Shown: piece by piece, positions 1-8,963 of the stretch | Layout: each line of letters opens with the position of its first letter | How positions within the stretch are numbered: the first letter of the stretch is position 1 | Assembly (NCBI GenBank): GCA_046329105.1 | Contig: JAXLVH010000004.1 | Coordinates: 29,938 to 93,937 of the forward strand | DNA length: 64,000 nt | Direction of reading: 5' to 3' | DNA from: Flavobacteriales bacterium | GTDB taxonomy: Bacteria > Bacteroidota > Bacteroidia > Flavobacteriales_F > PHOS-HE28 | Notes under the pieces: generated by a model | Database searches by the model: none | What the model was told of the DNA's origin: nothing | The model's input: the letters and a program-made list of their open reading frames with translations, nothing else | Program-made: the position numbers and the translations under genes

Positions 1-202
1 TCTTGTACTCGTTGCTCCACTGCCCGTCCGCCGAGTGCATGCGGATGTACAGCAGGTGATCGCCCTCGGCAGGTGACGGTACGCTGGCCATACCCGTCTC
101 CACGGCCGCGTTCCAATCGCCATCGAAGGCCAGCAACGCCGTGGCGTTCCCCTCGCCCGGATTGACTCGTCCTGAAATGGGTTTACGCAACAGCGTAGAC
201 CA

Positions 203-592
203 ATGGCACGGAAAGAAAAGGACAAAAGAGGCCGCTCGAAGCGGTATGATGAAGCCTTCAAACGGATGGTGATCGGCGAATACCGCAGTGGTCGCTGGAG
301 CATGGAGCAACTGCGCCGACGGTACGGGCTTGCTGGGAAGAGCTGCATCAGCGAATGGATCGCGCAACTGGAACGCTTGAGCGGACCGATCGAGCGCGAA
401 GTTTGGCGCGAACCACCACCGATGGCCAAAAGCACCAAGAAGGAGAACGTAGAGGACCTGCGCAGGCGGATCAAGGAATTGGAGCGGCAACTGGATGATG
501 AACAGTTGCGCAGCGAGGCCTACTCGCGCCTGATCGACCTGGCCGAGCGCGAACACCGGATCGCGATCCGAAAAAAGGACAGTACCAAGTGA
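203..592 (+). CDS. IS3-family transposase OrfA (helix-turn-helix DNA-binding part)
   Basis: 129 aa. N-terminal HTH-like region and leucine-zipper-like C-terminus (LRRRIKELERQLDDEQL) typical of IS3 OrfA. Ends in slippery heptamer. Confidence 0.85.
   Translation: MARKEKDKRGRSKRYDEAFKRMVIGEYRSGRWSMEQLRRRYGLAGKSCISEWIAQLERLSGPIEREVWREPPPMAKSTKKENVEDLRRRIKELERQLDDEQLRSEAYSRLIDLAEREHRIAIRKKDSTK
571..577 (+). other. Programmed -1 ribosomal frameshift heptamer A_AAA_AAG producing OrfAB fusion transposase
   Basis: AAAAAAG lies in the OrfA zero frame (cgA AAA AAG). The -1 frame is open from here into orfB (KGQYQVIREMK...). Confidence 0.7.
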
Positions 593-1557
593 TCCGTGAG
601 ATGAAGGACAGCTATCCGCATATCGCTTTGGTGCGGTTCTGTCGGTCATTTGGTGTTACGCGACAGGCGTACTACCAGCACTTCTGGAACGCGCAGGCGC
701 TGGGGATCGAGCAGGAACTGGTGATCAAGGAAGTGCTCGCCATCCGGAAGGACCACAAGCGCTTGGGCACACGCAAGATGCTGGTGAAGCTCGATGGCTT
801 CCTGCACCGGCACGCTATCAAGATGGGGCGCGATGCGCTATTCGATCTGTTGGCCGACCACGGCTTGCTGGTGAAGCGTTTGCGCAAGTACGTGCATACA
901 ACGCGCAGTACGCACTGGTTGCGCAAGTGGCCCAACCTGATCAAGGGTATGGCGATCAACAAGCCAGGGCAGGTCTGGGTCAGCGACATCACCTACTTCA
1001 AGACCGGAAAAGAGGGCTACGTGTACATCACGCTCATCACCGATGCCTACTCCCACAAGATCATGGGCCACCACCTCTCCACCGACCTGGAGACCGCCTC
1101 TTGCATCCAAGCCTTGCACATGGCTGTGCATAACGAGGGCAAGGTGACCAAGGGGTTGATCCACCACAGCGACCGAGGCGTGCAATACTGCTCCAACGCT
1201 TACGTGGAGCTGCTCCAAGAGCATGGCATCGCGATCAGCATGACCGAGAACGGAGACCCCTTGGAGAACGCCATCGCAGAGCGCATCAACGGCATCCTCA
1301 AGCAGGAATACCTCGACCAGTGGAACCTGACCACAATGGCGGAAACCGTCGTGGCCCTGGACCGCGCCGTGCTGCTCTACAACTCGGATCGGCCCCACAA
1401 CAGCATCGCCAACCACACTCCGGATGAGGCACACAAAGGCCCAGGTGGACTCACCCGCTTGTGGAAGAACTACTATCCCCAACGACCTGCTGTAAACCCA
1501 GAACAGGACATCGTCCGACCTGTAAACCTATCTTCGGACACAACCCTAAACCTGTAA
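589..1557 (+). CDS. IS3-family transposase OrfB (DDE integrase catalytic core)
   Basis: 322 aa. Motifs ...VWVSDITY..., HHSDRGVQYCS, and ENAIAERINGILKQE (DDE(K) signature of IS3/retroviral integrase fold). GTG start overlaps OrfA stop (GTGA). Confidence 0.85.
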   Translation: MIREMKDSYPHIALVRFCRSFGVTRQAYYQHFWNAQALGIEQELVIKEVLAIRKDHKRLGTRKMLVKLDGFLHRHAIKMGRDALFDLLADHGLLVKRLRKYVHTTRSTHWLRKWPNLIKGMAINKPGQVWVSDITYFKTGKEGYVYITLITDAYSHKIMGHHLSTDLETASCIQALHMAVHNEGKVTKGLIHHSDRGVQYCSNAYVELLQEHGIAISMTENGDPLENAIAERINGILKQEYLDQWNLTTMAETVVALDRAVLLYNSDRPHNSIANHTPDEAHKGPGGLTRLWKNYYPQRPAVNPEQDIVRPVNLSSDTTLNL

Positions 1558-2166
1558 ACCCAGATTAGGACGGGTCAGATCGCTGTCGAAGAAGAACTCC
1601 CCCGCCTGCACATGTATATCGCGTGCGCTCAGCGGAGTATTCACCTGCACCACTTGGGTGAAGAGCGCGCTCCATCCGGTATCGGCACCTCGGACCCGGA
1701 CATACAAACGATGCGCGCCGGTGGTGATCGAATTGTCTGAGGCCATGGCCTGCTCCAGCGCATCGTTGAAGTCGCCATCAAAGGCCAGCAACGGTGTACC
1801 AGCTCCCTCGCCGGGATCCGTGTCCCAGAAATACTCGCCCTGCTGCACGTTCACCGATCGCGCGGGCAGGGCAGCACTGGTATGGATCACTGATGTGAAA
1901 GCACTGCTCCAATAGCCGTTCGCGCCCTTTACCCGCACACCGAGCGTTGTGCTTCCTGGTGCTTGGGGGGGCAGCGTTGCGAGCACCGCTTCCATCGCTT
2001 CATCCCATGCACCGTCGGCCACTTGCATGGCCGTTCCAAGTCCTTCGCCGGGATCGGGGCCGATGAACCATTCCGCCTGGATCACGTGCGGGTTCTGTGC
2101 GCACACGCCCAGTGCGAGATTGATGGCAATGAGAAGGAGGCAACAACGCTTCATGGTTTTCGAGGT

Positions 2167-3294
2167 TCAACGGTCGAAACCGGTTGCTGAGATGTTCACC
2201 GTTTCGCCCTGCGCCACCACGCGCGGTGCGTTCATGAAGCCCACTACGGCGCTGCCCATGGGCGTGGTGAAATTCGCGCGGCTGTTGCTGCCGCCGTAGC
2301 AGCCCGCATCGTTCACAGTGAGGTCGAGGTCCAGGTAGCGCGGATCGGGATCGCCGGCATTGATCAAGGGCGAGCCAATCACCGGTTGCCCGGTCGACGG
2401 GCTCAGCCATGTGGGGCTGGCAAGCACATTATGCGACTGGGTCAATTGCGGCCAGCTGGGTAGCGCGTTGATGACACCGCCGCTGAACCGGACCACGGCG
2501 TTGTTCTTCAGGATCAGGTTGAACACGGTGCCAGTTGAGTTCATTACGGCCGGGAAGTTTTCCGTCGTCCATTTGATGAACGAGTTGTTCAGGATGGAAG
2601 AGACCGGACCGGCCTGATCCCCGGGAAGTGCGAGGTCGACGGCACTCGATGCGCTTTGATTGTCGATAAAGACATTGTTCTCGATATGGAAGGCCTTGGT
2701 CGAGGTGACCAGGATACCCTTCTTGACGCTGGTTTCCGAACCCAGGATGTTGCCCACGATCCAGATGTCCTCCGGTAGTGTGGAGGAGCCTTGCAGCCTG
2801 ATGAGCGTGCTGATTAAGGCGGTACCGAGCAACGTGCATCCGGCGATGGTACCTGAAGAGAACCGGAGATCCCCGACCAGGCTGTCGCCGTACATCTCCA
2901 CACGTATGCCTGGCTCGTCCAGGTCACAAAAGCCGGTATACGAGTCCAGGATGCCGATCACCGTGCGGTTCAGGTAGCTCCCAGTGCTGCGTACCCCGCC
3001 GAGTATCCGAGCGCCGGAGAGCGTGACCGACTTGCCATCCGCGTTCTGCAGCGTCAGGGATCCGGTCACCGTGTAGCGTACGCCTTCCTGGTTGGAAAGG
3101 ATGGAGAGAGCGGTGGAGACGACCAGGTTCTCGTTATAGGTCGCTGGTGTCACCAGAACCCTGTCCCCATCACTGCTCGCCGCGATGGCGCTGCTGATGG
3201 TGTTGTAGGTGCCGTTCGGGCTCACCACGCGGTCGGTGGCGTTCGTGCTCATCGCAGCGAGTAGCAGGAAGCAGGATGTGATGTATCGGTTCAT
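2167..3294 (-). CDS. Secreted right-handed parallel beta-helix (pectin-lyase-fold) protein
   Basis: 375 aa. Signal peptide. Repetitive N/G/S/T-rich beta-helix-like repeats (NNVFIDNQSAS, NNSFIKW, NNAVVRFSGG). No T9SS C-terminal sorting domain (CTD). Confidence 0.5.
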   Translation of the reverse strand: MNRYITSCFLLLAAMSTNATDRVVSPNGTYNTISSAIAASSDGDRVLVTPATYNENLVVSTALSILSNQEGVRYTVTGSLTLQNADGKSVTLSGARILGGVRSTGSYLNRTVIGILDSYTGFCDLDEPGIRVEMYGDSLVGDLRFSSGTIAGCTLLGTALISTLIRLQGSSTLPEDIWIVGNILGSETSVKKGILVTSTKAFHIENNVFIDNQSASSAVDLALPGDQAGPVSSILNNSFIKWTTENFPAVMNSTGTVFNLILKNNAVVRFSGGVINALPSWPQLTQSHNVLASPTWLSPSTGQPVIGSPLINAGDPDPRYLDLDLTVNDAGCYGGSNSRANFTTPMGSAVVGFMNAPRVVAQGETVNISATGFDR

Positions 3295-3306
3295 GATCTG
3301 TCGGGG

Positions 3307-4932
3307 TTATCGGATGATCAGCCGCTCGTTCGTCAACACGCCGCCGCTCGTGCAGCGCACCACATACGCACCGGGCTGGAGCGATGTGGCATCCACCTGC
3401 ACCAGTCCTGCGTTGGCATTGCGCGTGGTGTTCAACACGGAGCGTGCAGAGGCATCGATCACAGTGATCACCACGTAGGAGCTGCCGTTCGACCGTAGCG
3501 TGAACACACCGTCCGTTGGGTTCGGGTAGATCGCCGGTTGGCCGGAAGACAATGTGCTCTCCGCGAGCCCAACGCCGCTGCCGAGACCTTCCACCACGCA
3601 CAGGTCGTAGCCTGGTTCTGCATATGCGTACTGGCTGCGGAAGTCATACACCCGGAAGTAGTAGGTATCCCCAACGGTCAGCCCTGTGGCGTACATGTCA
3701 TCGGCTACACCCGATCCGCCCACATCCCCGCAAGCGATGGAGGTGAGTAAACCGCAGGCACCGGAGAACAGTTCCATCACGATGTCCATGTTGCCGTGCG
3801 GGGCACCGCCCACGGTCATATCCGGCGCTGTGGCGGTGAAGCTGTACCATACGTCATCCCCGGCATCGCCAGTGAACGAGCCGCAGGTGACCGCAACCAG
3901 GCTCTGCGTGGCGCACGGGTTCGTGAAGTAGGTCGGGTCGCAGGTCGGTTGTGCGGTCAACGGAATGGCCCCGTCGCATTCATCGTTCGGCGCTTGATCA
4001 GAGCCACACGCGGCGGCCGAGACGACCAGGGTATAAGGGCCGATCGGTCCGGCAACGACGGGGAAATAGTATGTGCCCGCGGGTAATTGGGGAAAGCACA
4101 GCGTGAAGTTGCCATCGCCACAGGACGTGCTGTCATAAGAGCTCACCTCCACCGCCGTTGAGGGCGGGCAACTCGAGTACAAGAGGATCCAGAAACCGTC
4201 CCAGGCAGGCGTGCTCCCGCAATAGCTGAGGTGCACATCCGCGCAAGCGGCCAGTGTAAAAGCCTCCCAAGCGGAGGTATAGCCCAATCCTTCCGAATCC
4301 GTTGCTCCCGTATTATCCCCGTTGAATGTGATCGTTCCACCGATGGAGAGGGCCTGTTCGATCGCGCCGGAGCAGAGGTCGTTCACCGGAGGTGCTGGTG
4401 TGGTGTTCCCGACCGTTACGCACAAGGTGAAATCCCCGCCTACGCCATAGTCGGTATTGGAATGTACGCGGATCCAATAGTCCACACCGGGCTCCACATC
4501 CAAGGCGATGGGGCCGGGTGGAGCGATAGCGCAGAGGAGTTCATCGCCGCCGCAGGCATCGTATACGGCCAGCACGCGGTCGGTCATTCCAGCGCCGGGC
4601 GTCAGGGTGATCGTTACCGTATCCGCTGCGCCACTGTTGAACGTGTACCACACGTCCAACCAAGTGCCGGTGTTATCGCACGAGGGAATGCCACCGTCCT
4701 GGGTCGCTTCCGCGTTATTCCCGCTCACCGGCGAAGCGCAATCCGTCGTGACGGTGATCGCTTCGGCGTTGGCGCAATCGTCGTTCGCGGGTGCGTTGCC
4801 GCGGTCGGGGTGGTGCGCCGCGAGGTGCATCGGCTTGGCGGGCGCGGTGAGACGCGTCCAAGCGCCCCGATGCTGAGCGTTCCCGTGCAGCGCGATGAGC
4901 AGGGTAGCGATGAGGAGTACGATGTGTTTCAT
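3307..4932 (-). CDS. T9SS cargo protein with three PPC (pre-peptidase C-terminal)-like beta-sandwich repeats
   Basis: 541 aa. Signal peptide. Repeats of PANDDCANAEAITV...DVWYTF...YWIRV...GDFTL pattern. C-terminal type-A T9SS sorting domain (AIYPNPTDGVFTL...LIIR). Confidence 0.75.
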   Translation of the reverse strand: MKHIVLLIATLLIALHGNAQHRGAWTRLTAPAKPMHLAAHHPDRGNAPANDDCANAEAITVTTDCASPVSGNNAEATQDGGIPSCDNTGTWLDVWYTFNSGAADTVTITLTPGAGMTDRVLAVYDACGGDELLCAIAPPGPIALDVEPGVDYWIRVHSNTDYGVGGDFTLCVTVGNTTPAPPVNDLCSGAIEQALSIGGTITFNGDNTGATDSEGLGYTSAWEAFTLAACADVHLSYCGSTPAWDGFWILLYSSCPPSTAVEVSSYDSTSCGDGNFTLCFPQLPAGTYYFPVVAGPIGPYTLVVSAAACGSDQAPNDECDGAIPLTAQPTCDPTYFTNPCATQSLVAVTCGSFTGDAGDDVWYSFTATAPDMTVGGAPHGNMDIVMELFSGACGLLTSIACGDVGGSGVADDMYATGLTVGDTYYFRVYDFRSQYAYAEPGYDLCVVEGLGSGVGLAESTLSSGQPAIYPNPTDGVFTLRSNGSSYVVITVIDASARSVLNTTRNANAGLVQVDATSLQPGAYVVRCTSGGVLTNERLIIR

Positions 4933-5011
4933 GGTATCGGCGATGTTCGGTCCTTGGCTACGGCAAACGTTCGGCGATCCGGATGGTGCCGAAACCCCAT
5001 GAATGGGGGGC

Positions 5012-7174
5012 TCACCGTTTCACGAAGCGGTGTGCCGTGTGTTCGTTCCCGTTGGTGATCCGCAACAGGTACGTCCCGGGTGCGAGCGATCGCACATCGA
5101 TGGTCGGACTCGCCCGGTTCACGTTCCCTTCGCTCACCAGCCGACCGGTCAGGTCCAGCACCGCGAACTGGGCGTGGTCCAATGCCCCTTCAAGCGTCAC
5201 ATGCAGGACTTCATCGGCCGGATTGGGCCATATCCGTGCGCCATCATTCACGATGTCCGAGACCCCGGCGAAGGGCATCAACGCGGTGACCGCCTGGTAG
5301 GCGTTGATCTTGCCCATGCCCCAGAGCGTGCTCCCGCTTGGCGGTATCGGTCCGGTGAATGCGTCAGTGCGCGCGTTATCTGTGATTGCCGACCTGATTT
5401 GGAACGGTGTCGCATAGGGGAACGCCTCCAATAGCAAAGCCGCCACTCCCGCACCCACAGGGCTGCTCATGCTGGTGCCCTCCCAACTCGCGAACATGTA
5501 GCCTCGGCCTTGAAAGACGAGCACGGCGACTGGTGTCACCGACTCCGTGGTATACGAGCTCACACAGGACACCACATGTACGCCGGGCGCGGTGATGTCG
5601 GGCTTCAATCGACCATCTAACGTGGGACCCTTCACCGAGAAGTCGCCGATCTCGCCACCCTGCCAATTGCCTCCGGTCTGATAGGACGCACGATACGCGC
5701 CCACGGCAAGCACACCGTTGCCACAAGCCGGTTCTCCCACACCGTAGTCGAGGTCGCCTGCTGCGTAACCGGGCATCGCCGCTTGGAAGGGCTCGCCCCA
5801 GATGCCCACGAAGTCGCCGGTGGACTCGGCGTTCCATCCGTGCACCGTGCCGCCCGGCGCGGTCACGTTCAGGTCCACACGCAAGAGCGTGCTCGTCTTG
5901 CGCACATGCACCCGCAGGTGCGGGCGCTGGTTCTGCGGATGTGCGGCATCAGCGAGGATGCGGAGCTCCACGGTATCCGTCCCGAAGACCATGAGCGTAT
6001 CGGTGTATGCGGCTTGCGTGGCCGTGGACATCCAGGGCGTTTGACCGATGATGGCATTGCTCGCATCGCGGATAAGGATGCGCCCTTCGAACGGCGCCCC
6101 CGGCTGTCCCAAGAGGATGATGCCGCGCCAGTCGAAGCCGGGGTCGCTGAACACCGGGAAGGCGATGCGCGTGCGCAACGTATCGCCCGCGAACGCGCGC
6201 TGCATGTGGAAGGGAACGCCGCCATTGTTGCCGTTGGCAGCGCAGAAGACAATGCCCTGGTCCGCGAACGCATCGATGGCCTGGCAGAAGAGCGAGGTGC
6301 CATCCTGCAGGTCCATCGACGACCAGCTCATGTTGATCACCAACCGCTTCTGCTGCTGCTGTGCGACCTCGTTCATCCAGGCGAAGCCATCGAGGATGCC
6401 GGCATCATCGTTCAGCGTGACGAACAGCAAGCCCGCGCCGTACGCGACGCCCCGGTACGGCGTACCTGCGCCGGCCCCTCCGGCGATACCGGCCACGTGC
6501 GTGCCGTGTGTCCAGCGCCCACCGTAGGTGGCGGTATCGCCTTCGGCGGCGATGAGCTCGGCCGCCGTGGTATAGGTCGCACCGTAACCGTAGCCCGTCG
6601 GCGGCGGACCGCTCTGCTTGAACTGGTCCCACGCGGCGACGATGCGCGTGGCGCTCATGGCCGTGTCATAGAACGCCGGGTGGGTGAAGTCGAAGCCGAC
6701 ATCGCTGATCCCCAGCAGCACATCCTGGCCGGTGTAGCCCTGCGGCAGAGCGATGCCCCAATGCACGCTATCGGCACGGATGTCCGGGATCACCTGGTTG
6801 AGGGCCGGACGCCTGCGCTGCGCGATCTCCACCTGATCGAACGCGATGATCGAACGCACGCTGGCCAGGTGATGCGCATCCACCCGGAAGGAGACGATCT
6901 CGCCAGCGCGCGCGCCTACGCTGATATGCTCGTCCGCGATGGTCTCCGCATCCGTGGCACGGCCGAGGAAACCGACCATGCAACGTCCAGCGATGTACAT
7001 CACCGGGAACCGGGCCTGCGCCTGTTCGGTCAGCTTGCGGGCATCAGGTTGCTCCTTGGCGAGCTGCTCCAGCACCGCGATCGCGCGCTGCGTGGTGGCC
7101 GACATGCGCGGCTGTGCCAGCACATGCAGGGGAAGCGCGATGAGAACCAGTGACAGGAAGCGTTGCATGGGCAT
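5012..7174 (-). CDS. S8-family subtilisin-like serine peptidase with T9SS C-terminal sorting domain
   Basis: 720 aa. Signal peptide. Catalytic motifs GISDVGFD (Asp), GTHVAGIAGG (His), GTSMSSPVGAGVAALLL (Ser). C-terminal RIWPNPADEVLHVTL...RFVKR T9SS CTD. Confidence 0.85.
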   Translation of the reverse strand: MPMQRFLSLVLIALPLHVLAQPRMSATTQRAIAVLEQLAKEQPDARKLTEQAQARFPVMYIAGRCMVGFLGRATDAETIADEHISVGARAGEIVSFRVDAHHLASVRSIIAFDQVEIAQRRRPALNQVIPDIRADSVHWGIALPQGYTGQDVLLGISDVGFDFTHPAFYDTAMSATRIVAAWDQFKQSGPPPTGYGYGATYTTAAELIAAEGDTATYGGRWTHGTHVAGIAGGAGAGTPYRGVAYGAGLLFVTLNDDAGILDGFAWMNEVAQQQQKRLVINMSWSSMDLQDGTSLFCQAIDAFADQGIVFCAANGNNGGVPFHMQRAFAGDTLRTRIAFPVFSDPGFDWRGIILLGQPGAPFEGRILIRDASNAIIGQTPWMSTATQAAYTDTLMVFGTDTVELRILADAAHPQNQRPHLRVHVRKTSTLLRVDLNVTAPGGTVHGWNAESTGDFVGIWGEPFQAAMPGYAAGDLDYGVGEPACGNGVLAVGAYRASYQTGGNWQGGEIGDFSVKGPTLDGRLKPDITAPGVHVVSCVSSYTTESVTPVAVLVFQGRGYMFASWEGTSMSSPVGAGVAALLLEAFPYATPFQIRSAITDNARTDAFTGPIPPSGSTLWGMGKINAYQAVTALMPFAGVSDIVNDGARIWPNPADEVLHVTLEGALDHAQFAVLDLTGRLVSEGNVNRASPTIDVRSLAPGTYLLRITNGNEHTAHRFVKR

Positions 7175-7187
7175 TGGATGCTGTTGA

Positions 7188-8822
7188 TCAATGGATGACC
7201 AAACGGGCCGAACGAGCGCTCCGTGGATCGCTCACCTTCACCGTGTAAAGACCTTTCGCCAGCATCCCGCCTTCCGCCAGTTGCACGGTCCCACTGGCAT
7301 CGGCACGCCCGGTCGTGTTGATCACGGTCCTTCCTGCGGCATCGATCACCGCCAGCGAGAAGGTGGAACCGGGCGATCCAGTGCGGATGCTGAACGATCC
7401 CGCTGCCGGATTGGGGAACACATCGAGCGCGGGCAGGCCCCCAGCGGCTTCCTCGATCCCGATCGCGATGCCGAAGCCCTCGGCCACACAAAGCGAATAA
7501 CCGGCATCATCGTAGGGCGTGTTGGAGTAGCCATTGTACACCCGCACGTAGTAGGTGTTCCCCGGCACCATCCCGTTCAAGGGGAGTTGCACAGGATCAC
7601 CATCGAAACCATTGGCGCAGGCCGTGGAGACCAAGGCGCCGCAAACGCCCGCGTACAATTCCATGACGGCGCCGAACTGCGTGCTGTTCGGGAACACGCC
7701 GATGGTCATCAGCGACTGGGTGGCGACGAAGGAGTACCAGACGTCGTCGGAGGCATCACCGAGCCCATCGGCACAACCCGGTTGTATGGTGGAGGCCGAT
7801 GCGCAGGTGGGCGAGAAGGCCACGGGAGCGCAGGTCGCAGAGACCGGCACCGTGATGGCTCCCGCACAGTCGTCGTTCGCCGGTTGATGTGAGCCGACCG
7901 GATCGGCTTTCACATGCAGGGTGTAGGTCCCGGGCGCATCGCCGTTGGTCACGGCATAGTAGTAGGTGCCCGCCGGCAACGCCGGATAGCACAACGTGGG
8001 CCGGTTCCCCGTGCAGTCGGTGATGTTCTCATAGCCCGCGTAGCGGCGCTGGGCCAGATCTGCCGGGCAGGTGAAGTACAGTGCGCGGAAGTAGTACGGG
8101 AAGAAGGCCGCGCTCCCGCAGAGGTCGATCGTCACATCGGCCGCCTCGCTCAAGGTGAAGGCATGCCACACCGAAGGCAGCGGCAGGCCCTCGGTGTTCT
8201 GCGCGTTGGTGGAGTTGCCCGTGAAGGTGATGGTAGTGCCCATGGGCAGGGCTTGCATCGACGCGTTCGTGCACAGATCGTTCGCGGGAACATTCACCAG
8301 AGCAAGGTCCTGAACGCACAGCTCGAAGTCGCCTGCATCGCCGTAGTCAGGATTGGAGAAGACACGCAGGAAGTAGGTGGTGGAAGGCGTGAGGTACTCA
8401 GCCGTAGGGCCGGAAGGCTGGATCCGGCAGGCCACTTCGGTGCCACTGCATGCACCTTCGAGGAGCACGTAGGCCCAATCCGTCATGTTGGCCTCCGGTG
8501 TCAACGTGATGATCACGGTATCGGCCGTGCCGGTGGTGAACGTGTACCATACATCGGGTTCCGTGGATCCGGGATCATCGCAGGATGGCACGATGCCGTC
8601 CATGGTGGCGCCTGCGTTCGTCCCGTTCAAAGCCCCGGTGCAGTCGGCACCAAGCGTGATCGGTGCGGCATTGGCGCAATCGTCGTTGGCGGGTGGACCA
8701 CCGCGCTCAGGGCTGCTTCCCGAAGGCCGTTCGATCGGCGTCCCATAGGGAGACGGGAGAGGTCGTTGCGCCAGAAGTGTCAGGCTGCAGGAGATCAGGA
8801 GGAGGGCGATGAGGTGGCGCAT
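7188..8822 (-). CDS. T9SS cargo protein with PPC-like repeats (paralog of 3307-4932)
   Basis: 544 aa. Same repeat architecture (PANDDCANAAPITLGADCTG..., DVWYTF..., YFLRVFSN...) and C-terminal T9SS CTD (DVFPNPAAGSFSIRT...RLVIH). Confidence 0.75.
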   Translation of the reverse strand: MRHLIALLLISCSLTLLAQRPLPSPYGTPIERPSGSSPERGGPPANDDCANAAPITLGADCTGALNGTNAGATMDGIVPSCDDPGSTEPDVWYTFTTGTADTVIITLTPEANMTDWAYVLLEGACSGTEVACRIQPSGPTAEYLTPSTTYFLRVFSNPDYGDAGDFELCVQDLALVNVPANDLCTNASMQALPMGTTITFTGNSTNAQNTEGLPLPSVWHAFTLSEAADVTIDLCGSAAFFPYYFRALYFTCPADLAQRRYAGYENITDCTGNRPTLCYPALPAGTYYYAVTNGDAPGTYTLHVKADPVGSHQPANDDCAGAITVPVSATCAPVAFSPTCASASTIQPGCADGLGDASDDVWYSFVATQSLMTIGVFPNSTQFGAVMELYAGVCGALVSTACANGFDGDPVQLPLNGMVPGNTYYVRVYNGYSNTPYDDAGYSLCVAEGFGIAIGIEEAAGGLPALDVFPNPAAGSFSIRTGSPGSTFSLAVIDAAGRTVINTTGRADASGTVQLAEGGMLAKGLYTVKVSDPRSARSARLVIH

Positions 8823-8963
8823 GTGTCGGGACTATGGGCTGCAAACGTGCTCATGCCCGCACTGCACGGAAACCCCATGAATGGGGGGCCACCCAATCAT
8901 GGGGTTTTCCCTGAGGTCACAGCGCCCGATCCTTGCATCGGACGATCATTCCTTCCATCACGC

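Larger units (their letters stand above)
163..1577 (+). mobile_element. Complete IS3-family insertion sequence (~1415 bp) with imperfect terminal inverted repeats TGACTCGTCCTGAAATGGGTTTAC / GTAAACCCAGATTAGGACGGGTCA and flanking 3-bp direct repeat GAT
   Basis: Two overlapping ORFs (HTH OrfA, DDE OrfB) in the 0/-1 frame arrangement typical of IS3. Terminal inverted repeats start TG and end CA. GAT is present at 160-162 and 1578-1580. Removing the element and one GAT restores an in-frame repeat unit (FFFDSD|PGEGNATALLAFDGDWN) in the interrupted minus-strand gene. Confidence 0.85.
1..2154 (-). pseudogene. Secreted repeat protein gene disrupted by the IS3 insertion (5' part 1578-2154 with signal peptide; 3' part continues 162->1 and beyond window)
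   Basis: N-terminal signal peptide MKRCCLLLIAINLALGVCAQ. Tandem ~55-aa repeats (EYFWDTDPGEGAGTPLLAFDGDFNDALE...). Reading frame runs into the IS terminus (LTRPNLGLQV* is IS-derived) and resumes in frame on the other side of the IS. Confidence 0.7.

Noticed and set aside
838-1482. Antisense ORF inside IS transposase orfB, and similar long shadow ORFs (e.g. 5783-7153, 8958-11675, 20306-22504, 36062-37450, 48399-50237, 51142-53409, 53988-56246)
   Set aside because: All lie opposite strongly supported genes in a 65% GC genome where stop-free antisense frames are expected. None has recognisable motifs.
7914-8963. N-terminal 350-codon extension of the first cyclase ORF (7914-10964)
   Set aside because: Overlaps the well-supported minus-strand T9SS gene 7188-8822 and lacks domain content. 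A signal-peptide-bearing ATG at 8964 gives a sensible start.
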